Assembly: GCA_944323245.1 (NCBI GenBank)
Contig: CALURT010000013.1
Location: 274-64,273 of the forward strand
Reading direction: 5' to 3'
Source of the DNA: an uncultured Bacteroidales bacterium
GTDB lineage: Bacteria; Bacteroidota; Bacteroidia; Bacteroidales; UBA932
Length of the DNA: 64,000 nucleotides
Part shown: piece after piece, positions 38,748 through 48,300 of the stretch
Numbering within the stretch: position 1 is the first letter of the stretch
Layout of the letters: each line of letters starts with the position of its first letter
The notes under the pieces: generated by a model
What the model was told of the DNA's origin: nothing
What the model saw: the letters and a program-made list of their open reading frames with translations, nothing else
The model's database searches: none
Position numbers and translations under genes: made by a program

Positions 38748-38913
38748 ATTCAGTATTTGACTAATCAAAGTCCGGATTTTCCGGGCTGCTTCATCAGCAT
38801 TTGATTGATGTTTGATTAGGACTCATCAAAAGTTCGGGGGCGTTTTCACAATTCCCCTTTTTATTTCCGGCAAAAATGAAGATCGCGACTGCCAACAGAA
38901 TTTCAAAGAGGAG

Positions 38914-38950
38914 GTTTGTCAAAGATAAAGCATTTGAAAGCAATTCACAA
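38914..38950. repeat. 37-bp direct repeat, right copy
   Basis: GTTTGTCAAAGATAAAGCATTTGAAAGCAATTCACAA, offset 860 from the left copy. Confidence 0.85.
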
Positions 38951-38997
38951 TTGCAACGCTGTCAGATACGATAATAAATCAGTTAAAATAAAAAACA

Positions 38998-39192
38998 TCA
39001 GCGGCTGAATTTATCCCTGATTGAATCAACAAGAGAATTAAATATCCCAGGCTTCAATAGGAGCACGGCCACTACAAGCACCAATAATCCGGCAAGTCCA
39101 AAATATACATCAACGGAGAACGCTGCACCAAGCAATATGATCACTGCCACGACAAGAATAAAAGTCAGGCATCCTTTGTTTGTTGTATTCAT
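38998..39192 (-). CDS. Small two-TM hypothetical membrane protein
   Basis: 64 aa with two hydrophobic stretches; ATGA-coupled to the upstream ORF. Confidence 0.5.
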   Translation of the reverse strand: MNTTNKGCLTFILVVAVIILLGAAFSVDVYFGLAGLLVLVVAVLLLKPGIFNSLVDSIRDKFSR

Positions 39193-39392
39193 ACTTTATA
39201 AATTCTATTCACTCTTTGGAAAGCCACTCCATAAGCCATAAAAGCAATGCTATGCCACCGAGAAAGAGTGCAGCCAGAAGCAGGAAATACATAAACATTC
39301 CAAAATTCTGAAAGATTATCAATGATATAAAAAAGAAGTGCCGCCTCTATGATAGCGACAAGTTTCAAGACTTTTTTACTGAATGTATTCAT
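39189..39392 (-). CDS. Small hydrophobic hypothetical protein
   Basis: 67 aa; its stop overlaps the next start (ATGA). Confidence 0.4.
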   Translation of the reverse strand: MNTFSKKVLKLVAIIEAALLFYIIDNLSEFWNVYVFPASGCTLSRWHSIAFMAYGVAFQRVNRIYKV

Positions 39393-39731
39393 ATCATTTC
39401 ACTGCTTTAATAGTTCCTTCGATAATCATTATCACATGCCTCGGGTTGCGGCATTCAGTATGCGTCAAATGACAGATTTCAAGTATCCGTAGACGTATTT
39501 GTCATATTTATGCCATGAGAAAATATGTATACCTGCATAAATTAAATCATGCCTGTCTTCAAGAACAAATATGTTATCGGATTGGTTCATGTATGGCATA
39601 AAAATATAAACTTTAATTTGATAAACAATGTCTACCATGTTGTTTCCGGTTTGTCAAAGATTAAAAAAGTTGAATTGTGCTTTAATATGGCGCATCAGTG
39701 CTTCATCTTTGCATCGTAAAAACAATTCATT

Positions 39732-40037
39732 ATGAAACAGGAAAAGCAACAGGAAAAGAAACGACATCTTGCAAATTTTCACATTGCAGGATTCGGTTAT
39801 TGGGATGGCTGTGAAGCGTTTGAACATCTCAAAATCGGTACATTGTTAGAACTCTCCAGAGAAGATGAAAATCATTTCGATCCTTATGCAGTAGCCATTT
39901 ACTACCATGAACACAAATTAGGCTTTATTCCCCGTGGAGACAACTCTGAAATTAGCAAATATCTTGATATGGGGTGGAATGATCTTTACGAGGTTCGGGT
40001 TACAAGAGTCTCCCCTGACGCCCCACCGGAATGGTAA
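39732..40037 (+). CDS. HIRAN domain protein, possibly C-terminally clipped
   Basis: FHIAGF, LELSREDENHFDPYAVAIY, KLGFIPR; ends abruptly at PPEW. Confidence 0.75.
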   Translation: MKQEKQQEKKRHLANFHIAGFGYWDGCEAFEHLKIGTLLELSREDENHFDPYAVAIYYHEHKLGFIPRGDNSEISKYLDMGWNDLYEVRVTRVSPDAPPEW

Positions 40038-40119
40038 CTTTCATCTTTAACTTTAGAATGCGCCAAAAAAGTGCATAAATAATCATTTTTTGATTACCTT
40101 TGCACTAAAATTGCTCAAC

Positions 40120-40923
40120 ATGACAATCAGAGAATGGATCCGACATAGAGAAATAAGTGGCTTCCCCACTTTTTCGGTTGAAGAAATAAAGCAGGAATTT
40201 CATAATTATTCGGAACAGGTCATCAGAAATGAACTTTTTCGATTATCGTCTCATGGGATTTTATATCCTGCGTACAGGGGGTTTTATGTTATCATCCCGC
40301 CACAATACGCAGCTAAAAGAATTGTACCTCCGCAATATTACATTGACCAGCTGATGTCATATCTGAAAAAGCCATACTATATAAGTCTGTTGAATGCTGC
40401 GGAAATTTTAGGTGCTGCACATCAGCGTCCTCAAAGATTTTCAGTAACGACAATATTCCCGAAGTCGTCCGTTTCGTCATCAAAGAACAATACACTTGTC
40501 TGGACATACCGTAAAGAGATTCCATCGGACTTTTTACTATCAAAAAACTCTGAGACCGGAGTAATCCATTACTCAAATGTAGAATTGACAACCATTGACA
40601 TTGTACAGTATGAACAATATATCGGAGGTCTTTCCAGAGCCGCTACTATTCTGGAAGAATTGGCTGAGAAAATGGATTTTCGAAATGCGTCCAGGAATTT
40701 GTTCCGGCATACTTCAATCTCCACTATACAACGTTTAGGATATATACTGGAAGAGGTTCTTGGACAGAAAGAAATTGCTGAAGTGTTGCATACAGAATTG
40801 ATGTTATATGCCAACCGTTTCAGATACGTCCCGTTAAAGACCAATCGGTCAGATAATAATGCAGAAAAGAATACTCGCTGGAAAGTTAATATAAATTCGA
40901 TAATAGAAGTAGACGAAATATGA
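40120..40923 (+). CDS. Type IV TA antitoxin, AbiEi family
   Basis: N-terminal wHTH, YRGFYVIIPP, YYISLLNAA...GAAHQ, IQRLGYILE; -7 box TACCTTTG at 40095-40102 supports start at 40120. Confidence 0.82.
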   Translation: MTIREWIRHREISGFPTFSVEEIKQEFHNYSEQVIRNELFRLSSHGILYPAYRGFYVIIPPQYAAKRIVPPQYYIDQLMSYLKKPYYISLLNAAEILGAAHQRPQRFSVTTIFPKSSVSSSKNNTLVWTYRKEIPSDFLLSKNSETGVIHYSNVELTTIDIVQYEQYIGGLSRAATILEELAEKMDFRNASRNLFRHTSISTIQRLGYILEEVLGQKEIAEVLHTELMLYANRFRYVPLKTNRSDNNAEKNTRWKVNINSIIEVDEI

Positions 40924-41388
40924 TAAACAGAGATACCTCCTACCATTCCGCTTCGATTGAAAATTGAGATAAATTGTTTTGAACATTTCAATGAACTCGG
41001 ATTGGTCAAAATGCCGTTTGAGATGGAAAACAGTTGGTTCTCGGGTAAATGCGAAATAACGACATATTGCCTGAATGAACTTTTGGGGACAAAACTCAGT
41101 GCTCTGTATCAACGAAAAAAAGGAAGAGACCTTTTTGATTTATATGTAGCTCTGTCGGAAGCCTCCGTAAATATTGATGAAATACTCCGTTGTTACAGAC
41201 GTTATATGTCCTTTGTCGTACAACAGCCGCCAACATACAAACAATTCATCAATAATGTGGAGGAGAAAATGTCAGATCCGGAATTCCTTGGTGACACTCA
41301 AAATCTGATTCGCCCTGACAGAGAATTTGATCCACAGTCTGGTTATAAACTTGTTTTAGAAAAATTAATAGAACGAATGCACAAATAA
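40920..41388 (+). pseudogene. AbiEii nucleotidyltransferase toxin, internally deleted and frameshifted
   Basis: Coupled ATG 40920 reads MINRD then stops after 15 codons; the C-terminal half (EIPPTIPLRLKIEINC...ALYQRKKGRDLFDLY) is in another frame; no GGT/SEDID region. Confidence 0.78.
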
Positions 41389-41423
41389 ATATCGCTATAT
41401 TTACCAATTCAAAATTACAGGAA

Positions 41424-42161
41424 ATGAAATACGGGAAATGGTTGGGAGGAGGGCTCGGATGGGCTTTCGGAGGTCCGATAGGAGCGCTCATAGGATTCGT
41501 GCTCGGGGCTCTGATCGACAACGAAGAAAAGGCAGCGGAGCAGCAGACGGGCAGGTCATCACGAAGACACACGTTTGAGGGAGACTTCAAGATAAGCCTC
41601 CTCGTGTTGATTGCCTGCATCATAAAGGCAGACGGGATCAGGAAGACATCGGAACTCGCCACGGTAAGACGCATACTTATCAGGGTATTCGGTGACTACG
41701 GGACGGACGATGCCATGGAAATACTCGAAAGACTGTTGCAGCAGGACATCGACGAGACGCAAGTGGCATGGCAGATAAGCCGCAGCACGAACTACTCCAC
41801 GAAACTTGAACTGATACACATACTCTTCGAAGTGGCATACGCCGACGGTCATGTATGCAATTCGGAAATGACAGCAATCGAAAGAATTGCGTCGCTTTTC
41901 GGAATATCCGCCATCGATTTCAACGCCATCCGTGCGCCCTACACAAAATCGAATGATTCAAATTGGGCATACACGGCCCTCGGGATAAGTTCTTCCGCCT
42001 CTGACGAAGAAGTCAAGAAAGCCTACCGGCGAATGGCGATGAAATATCATCCGGACAAATTGACCGGTCTTGGGGAAGATGTCAAAAAAGCCGGAGCGGA
42101 AAAATTCCGTGCCGTGCATGAAGCCTACGAATTCCTGAAAAAAGAACGTGGAATGAAATAA
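41424..42161 (+). CDS. DjlA-like co-chaperone (TM + TerB-like + J domain)
   Basis: Gly-rich N-terminal TM, IIKADG, ADGHV, J-domain KYHPDK. Confidence 0.85.
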   Translation: MKYGKWLGGGLGWAFGGPIGALIGFVLGALIDNEEKAAEQQTGRSSRRHTFEGDFKISLLVLIACIIKADGIRKTSELATVRRILIRVFGDYGTDDAMEILERLLQQDIDETQVAWQISRSTNYSTKLELIHILFEVAYADGHVCNSEMTAIERIASLFGISAIDFNAIRAPYTKSNDSNWAYTALGISSSASDEEVKKAYRRMAMKYHPDKLTGLGEDVKKAGAEKFRAVHEAYEFLKKERGMK

Positions 42162-42174
42162 TCTCTACTCTACC

Positions 42175-43026
42175 CTACCCTTCTATCACAAGGCCGTCAT
42201 AGGCGGGGAGGATGCCTGAGGGAAGTTCCCGGCAGAGGTCCTCGTATTTCGGAAGCTGGTGCGACAGATGTGTCAGCCATGAATGCTTCGCCCCGACCCG
42301 CTGCGCCACTGCCACGGCCTCCTCAAGGGAAAAATGCGATATGTGCTTCCCCCGCCTCACGCAATTGATGACGAAATGCTCCAGACCCTCCAATTTCGCA
42401 AATTCGCTTTCGGGAATGAAATTCATATCCGTAAGATAGGCTATGTCGCCGAAACGGTAGCCGAGGACAGGCAGATTGAAATGCCTGCCCCTGACAGGAA
42501 TGACTTCCACGCTTTTGAGATGTTCCGGAACGGCGCACGGAATTTTCTCGTATCCAGTACCGTCCTTCCACACCAATTTCACCTTGGGCACATTCTCACA
42601 AACAGTAAAAGGAGTCTCCCCGATATGGGTAATCTGCCATTCCGGGACGCCGGGATACCTTTTTTCGGCAAAGGCATAACTGTATTCCTGCCTCAACGAA
42701 TCTTCGACGTATTTTTCGCAGTAAATCCTTATCGGCGCACGTTCGATATAGTTGAAAGCCCGCACATCGTCTAACCCTCCCGTATGATCCTTATGATTGT
42801 GAGTCAAGAGAATAGCATCCAAATGCCGGATTCCGGCCCTCAACATCTGCGACCTGAAATCCGGACCTGCATCCACGAGGATGTCGAGGCCGCCATATTC
42901 GACGAAGGCGGAAGCCCTGTATCTTTTGTCACGAGGGTCGGATGACCTGCATACTTCGCAGCTGCAGCCTATCATCGGCACACCCTGTGACGTACCTGTT
43001 CCAAGAAATGTCAGCCTTGTCTTCAT
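42175..43026 (-). CDS. MBL-fold metallo-hydrolase (PhnP-like)
   Basis: GTGTSQGVP, LVDAGPD, THNHKDH, THLSH. Confidence 0.85.
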   Translation of the reverse strand: MKTRLTFLGTGTSQGVPMIGCSCEVCRSSDPRDKRYRASAFVEYGGLDILVDAGPDFRSQMLRAGIRHLDAILLTHNHKDHTGGLDDVRAFNYIERAPIRIYCEKYVEDSLRQEYSYAFAEKRYPGVPEWQITHIGETPFTVCENVPKVKLVWKDGTGYEKIPCAVPEHLKSVEVIPVRGRHFNLPVLGYRFGDIAYLTDMNFIPESEFAKLEGLEHFVINCVRRGKHISHFSLEEAVAVAQRVGAKHSWLTHLSHQLPKYEDLCRELPSGILPAYDGLVIEG

Positions 43027-44282
43027 TTCAATTCGATTTCTACGATTTGTCCGGAGAGGGAGGCGTCATAAGGTCTCTCCACCCTGATGTAATTTTCAGT
43101 ATATCCCGACATCGTTCCCTTTCTGTCCGTACTTTCGAAAAGGACATTGTAGCTGCGTCCCCTGCAACTTTCCACGAAAGCACCGTGCAATTCATCGGAA
43201 AGCCGTTCCAATCTTTCCACCCTTGCGGTCTTGACTGACTCGGGAACCTGGTCCTTGCGCAATGCAGCCCGTGTCCCGGCCCTTTTGGAATAAGGGAAGA
43301 CATGGATGAATGCCGGCTTGACCCTGTCGGAAAGGAAGGAGACCGTGCTTTCAAACATTTCGTCCGTTTCCCCCGGAAATCCGACTATCACGTCTATTCC
43401 GAAAAATACCTTCGGCCGGCCGCAGGTTTCCATCTTCGAACGGATATAATCTATTTTGGAAGCAAATGCAGCCGTATCATACCTCCGTCCCATTTCCTTC
43501 AGGACGGAATCGCATCCTGACTGCAGCGGAATATGGAAATGAGGCAGGAATTTAGTACCGGAAGCAATCCAGTCCACGATTTCTTCAGTAAGAAGATTAG
43601 GCTCTATCGAGGAAATCCTGTACCTTTCTATCCCCTCCACCCTGTCCAAGGCTTTCAGCAAATCGAGGAAACTCTCCCCCGTCGTTTTCCCGAAATCCCC
43701 TGTATTGACTCCGGTCAACACTATTTCCCTGATTCCGGCTGCCGCAATTTCACGGGCCTGAGCGGCTGCTTCGGCAATCGGAATATTCCTGCTGCGCCCC
43801 CTTGCATACGGCACGGTACAATATGCGCAGAAATAATCGCAACCGTCCTGGACTTTTAGGAACGACCTCGTCCTCTCCCCGCTCGAATACGCAGGGAAGA
43901 AGTCACCGCATGCGGAGTCTCCCGAAGCCGGAGTCCTGCCCTCAAGCAACTGCATGGTAAACGGTACCACATTTCCTTTCTCATCTGCCCCGAAAACCGC
44001 TTTTACACCTTCTATTTTCAATATCTCATCACGTTTGAGCTGGGCGTAGCATCCTGTCACGATTATGGCGGCCTCAGGAGACACTCGGTGTACTTTCCTG
44101 ATTATGTTCCGGCACTTCTTGTCCGAATGTTCCGTAACGGTGCAGGTGTTTACGAGATAGACATCGGCCCTGGCATTCCACGGCACGACTTCTAGCCCGT
44201 GCCGTACAAATTCCCTTTCGTATGTGGATGTCTCGGCGTAATTCAGTTTGCAGCCGAGTGTAAGAAACGCTATTTTCGTCAT
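43023..44282 (-). CDS. mtaB: tRNA t6A37 methylthiotransferase
   Basis: TLGCKLN, NTCTVT, radical SAM GCDYFCAYC, TRAM-like end; start re-called at 44282. Confidence 0.88.
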   Translation of the reverse strand: MTKIAFLTLGCKLNYAETSTYEREFVRHGLEVVPWNARADVYLVNTCTVTEHSDKKCRNIIRKVHRVSPEAAIIVTGCYAQLKRDEILKIEGVKAVFGADEKGNVVPFTMQLLEGRTPASGDSACGDFFPAYSSGERTRSFLKVQDGCDYFCAYCTVPYARGRSRNIPIAEAAAQAREIAAAGIREIVLTGVNTGDFGKTTGESFLDLLKALDRVEGIERYRISSIEPNLLTEEIVDWIASGTKFLPHFHIPLQSGCDSVLKEMGRRYDTAAFASKIDYIRSKMETCGRPKVFFGIDVIVGFPGETDEMFESTVSFLSDRVKPAFIHVFPYSKRAGTRAALRKDQVPESVKTARVERLERLSDELHGAFVESCRGRSYNVLFESTDRKGTMSGYTENYIRVERPYDASLSGQIVEIELK

Positions 44283-44653
44283 GATAAAGTCTTCCCTCCG
44301 TTCAATGTGACTCTCGACCATGCACAGACTCCGCCCACAGGAGGATTGCTTTTGGAAACCCTGACGGAAAACCTTGTGAAAGCCGGAATCTCGGATTCTA
44401 TCGCCTTTACGATTCTGCCTGCAACATGTTCCAAAAGGTCCGACGGAGACGACATTTCCCGTTTTATTACGGAATACACCGCTCCGTAATCCGCCGTATC
44501 GGCAAGAGCGTCCGTTTCAACCGCTGCTGTCATGTCAATCTCCCCGGTAAAATCCACCACGAAGAGATTGCCGGCCGTCTTTTCTTCCTCGAAACAGCCG
44601 TGATATGCGTGGAACTTCATTCCTTCCAATTCTATCTTTCCCGTTCTGTCCAT
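44279..44653 (-). CDS. folB: Dihydroneopterin aldolase
   Basis: FHAYHGCFEEE, DYGAVY, LLEHVA, VSKSNPP. Confidence 0.92.
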   Translation of the reverse strand: MDRTGKIELEGMKFHAYHGCFEEEKTAGNLFVVDFTGEIDMTAAVETDALADTADYGAVYSVIKREMSSPSDLLEHVAGRIVKAIESEIPAFTRFSVRVSKSNPPVGGVCAWSRVTLNGGKTLS

Positions 44654-44654
44654 T

Positions 44655-45374
44655 TCATGCCTGAATTATGAAGACACATGGTCTTTTGCCTATTGTGACT
44701 CCCGATTTTTTCCATTCTCCGACACTCGCAGTCCTTATGAATGCGTCCGGCAGCGTAATGTCGGCCGCTATGCAGAGTCTCGTTTCCGGCCTGCACACAG
44801 ACAGAATGTCCTCCATCATGGAATCATTGCGATATGGAGTTTCTATGAAAATCTGCGTCTGTCCCGAAGCGGCCGATATTTTTTCTATGCTTTTCAGCTT
44901 CAAACGGCGTTCATCCCGTTTCGCAGGAAGATAGCCGCAGAAAGCGAAAGACTGGCCGTTCAGTCCTGAGGACATGAGTGCCAACATAAGTGAAGACGGC
45001 CCGACAAGAGGAATCACGGAAATGCCGTGCCTATGCGCAAGGGCAACAAGCTGCGCACCCGGATCCGCCACAGCCGGCAGTCCGGCCTCCGAAATGAGGG
45101 CCACATCGTTCCCTCCGTCGAAGAGAGAGAGATAGCCTTCTATTTCCTCCCGTGAAGTATGCTCGTTGAGTTCATGAAACTCCAATCCGTCTATTTGACC
45201 TTTCAATCCTGCCCTTGACAGATACCTTCTCGCCGTCCTCGCTTCCTCCACCACGAATGTCCCGATATGCCCGAGTATCTCCAAAACAGGCCCCGGAATC
45301 ACTTCTTCGGGAGCATTGTCCCCGAGAGGTGAGGGTACGAGGTACAGTTTTCCCTTATCTCCGCTTGTCGTCAT
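44655..45374 (-). CDS. Tetrapyrrole-methylase-family SAM methyltransferase (RsmI-like)
   Basis: LYLVPSPLG, SEAGLPAVADPG, LVGPSS, FIETPYR. Confidence 0.82.
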   Translation of the reverse strand: MTTSGDKGKLYLVPSPLGDNAPEEVIPGPVLEILGHIGTFVVEEARTARRYLSRAGLKGQIDGLEFHELNEHTSREEIEGYLSLFDGGNDVALISEAGLPAVADPGAQLVALAHRHGISVIPLVGPSSLMLALMSSGLNGQSFAFCGYLPAKRDERRLKLKSIEKISAASGQTQIFIETPYRNDSMMEDILSVCRPETRLCIAADITLPDAFIRTASVGEWKKSGVTIGKRPCVFIIQA

Positions 45375-48300
45375 CTGCTTCTATTTTTATACGTTTCCGT
45401 TTTTCAAATGCCTTGTTTTCCGCTTCTTCCGCCGCTATGGCTTGCCGTTTCTTCCGTCCGGAGAACAGGTTCCGGAAAAACTCCTTGAAAGTATTGAACT
45501 CCTGCTGGTATGCGATACCGACCCCGTTGCGCTGGGAATTGTCAAGATAGTTCGTGTACTGGTCGGAAGAATGCGAGAAAATGTTGAGTCTGAAGAGCCC
45601 CGTCCTGTCCAGCTTTATCTCGATGTCCAAATCGCCCACGACGTCGCTGTTGGAAGTTCCGGAATTGTACTGGCGGTTGCCGATATTGCCGTTGACCACG
45701 ACCCTGTTGTTGAAAAGCTGCGTGGATACCGCCACATCGAAAAAGTCATCCCCCCTCTCGTTCGCCTGATAGTTCAGACCGAGGTCGAGCGGTATGTCCA
45801 GTTTCTGGAATATGCTGTTCAACTGGTTGTACATCAGTTCCGAAACCGTGGAATACAGCATGGAAGTATTGTTGTTCACCACTCCGGACTGCTCGTCAGG
45901 AAGGAAATTGTTGAATACTATAAGGGCAAGGAACTGCTTCTGCACCTTGTCTTCCGTACTCAGGGCGCTTTCCACACGGGACTTGACCGTAGGGTCGATA
46001 TCCGGGATGTCTATCGAAAACGAAAGCCTCGGATTGCTGATGTTGTCGCTTATGCTGATTCCGCATTCGACCGTCCGCCTCGTCGCCACCGAAGAAGTAT
46101 CCGCTATCAATGCCGAAAGGGATGTCTTGGTCCGGTAAACTGCATCGATGTCCAGCGTGGACTGCATGATGTCTCCGTTGAATTTCACGGAACTTCCGTC
46201 CTGAATGGTGAAATCCCTGTATGCAAGCCCCTGTACGACGAAATTGTAACTTCCTTCATTGAGAGTGTAGTCGCCGTAGATATTGAAATTGTCGTTTGCG
46301 ATTTCGATGTCCATCACACCAGAGCCCCTGCCTCTGAGGACATTGCCTGTAGCCTTGTCGACTTCGATGAAGGCTTCCAACCCCGGCGTTGCCGTTATCC
46401 TTGCGTTGACCGTAAGGTCGGACGGAGTCTTGGCCGTCCTGCTTATTTTCCTTATCATCTCCTCGTACGGGTCGACATATACGACTTTCTCCTCTTCCTT
46501 GAAGGTAAGGAGATCGCTTGTGGATGCCGTGGCAGAACCCGACAGCGGGATATGCAGCTGGCCGTTCCCTGTTGTAGTGGCTTCTATGTTCATTTTCAAG
46601 GCATCAGCCCTGCCGGTAAGCCTCAGATTGCCCGAGCCGGAAATATTTCCGTACAACGTAGGATTGTCCCCTTCGCCGAGGTCGATGCACTCCATCTCGT
46701 TGACGGTAATCAAGGTATTGAATCTTATGTCCCTGAATCCTCCGAGGGATATTCCTCCGGTCACTGAACCGGTCTTGCCGTGCCTGTCCCTTATCGATAT
46801 GTCGTCGAAATGTACGCCTTCGTCATCGAGGCTGAATGCTCCCGAGGCTTCGTAAGGAACATTGGTATAGGCTATTTTCAGGACAGAATCATCTATCCTC
46901 GCATTCCTGCTCGAAAGTTTCAGGTCATCCAAAGGCCCTGCAATGCCGAACTCTCCTGAAACATGTCCTTTCAGCTCGCTGAAAACCGACTCTGCGAACG
47001 GTTTTACACAGGATATGTCGAATCTGTCAAGGGTAGCATTCATTTCGAGCCTCTGCTGCGACGGAGTATAGCTGCCTGTCACATCGAATGTACGCATCCC
47101 GCCGAGTTCGTTCCTTGCAACGATATCAAAACGCCTGTAGCCGTCGTTCCATTCGCTTCCGAGTCTGAGAGTCCCGAGTGAAGTGCCGGCAAACGAAGTG
47201 GAGTCGCAAAGGAAGCCGAGGAGAATCCCCTTATCGGTAAAACTCCTGTCGGATGAGGAGGATATGATGCGGGCCCGGCCGGTAGCTGCTCCCGATATTG
47301 ACATATCCCTGTCCAAAAGGGAATTGACCACGGAAATATCGAACCTCTCCAACTGGAAATTCAAGGTATCCGCACGGGACTGGGACAATCCGCCGTAAAG
47401 GCTTACCGCCTGCTCCTCGTTGGTCAGTCTGAAATTGTCAATCCTGATTTCATTGTCCACGAGGTCGATGGCGGAAGGACTGATGCTCCACTCCGCCGAA
47501 TTAAGCAGGATTCGGGAGGGCAGGAACTCCATACGTCCGGTAATCTTTCCGTTTTCATCCCGGCCGAGCCTTGTCGTTGTCACCAATTCTCCCCTGTTTA
47601 TCAGATCTCCGTCATTCTCATAATTGTAACCGATTCCTACGAAATTGTCATGGACATAGAACTGCAGACGGCTGTTTTCAAGGTTCACGGTCGAGACACG
47701 GACGGTGTCGCCGATCAGTTCTCCGCTTACGCTGTGTTCCCTGTTATCGAATGCGAATTGCATGTTTTTCACATAGTTTTCCCCGTAGGCGATTCTCGAG
47801 GTCTTCATGCCTGCGTCAAGAAGTCCCGTACCGTCGATATTCAGATGGAAATCAGTGCTGTCCGCCACATAAAGTCCGGGCATCATAAAGGCCATGAGAT
47901 CCCGGCTGTCGTGACTGTGGAATGCAAACGAATATCTGTCGTCCGTGTACACGGAAGTCGTATCGCTGAACAGGGCCGGAAGTTCCCGTTTGAAGGTGAT
48001 GTCGTTCAGATCCCTGACGAATTTCATAAAAGAGCCCGAACCTGAAAACGATGCATCCGCAAACTCTGATTCCATGATTATCCTGTACAGGTCATCTCCC
48101 GAATGCGATGAAACGGAAATTGTGCCGATATCATGTTTACCGAGAGAATTTTCGAGGATTATGTCCCCCACCTCAATATTGCCGAGTATGTCACCTGCCC
48201 CGATTCTGTTGAAATTGGCCGTTGTGCGCAGGCTTATCTTGGAAATGTCCCTCTTGTCTATATTCAGCGCATTGAGGTCGGCATAACCTATGTTTGCGTA

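Noticed and set aside
38761-38819. Nested inverted repeats after the XRE gene (CTAATCAAA/TTTGATTAG, CATCA/TGATG)
   Set aside because: Short and AT-rich; most simply a terminator-like hairpin, with nothing further to support a function.
40920-40960. Programmed frameshift producing AbiEii
   Set aside because: No slippery run, and a shift would still give a protein lacking the catalytic N-terminal half; a deletion explains it better.
25559-41400. Prophage or ICE
   Set aside because: No integrase, relaxase, transposase or virion genes seen, and no long flanking att pair.
45316-46767. 483-aa plus-strand ORF, and similar long antisense ORFs (48610-49869, 18693-19838, 25904-26947, 32505-33587, 36213-37148)
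   Set aside because: Each lies fully antisense to a well-supported gene and has no motifs. Such shadow frames are expected from codon bias.
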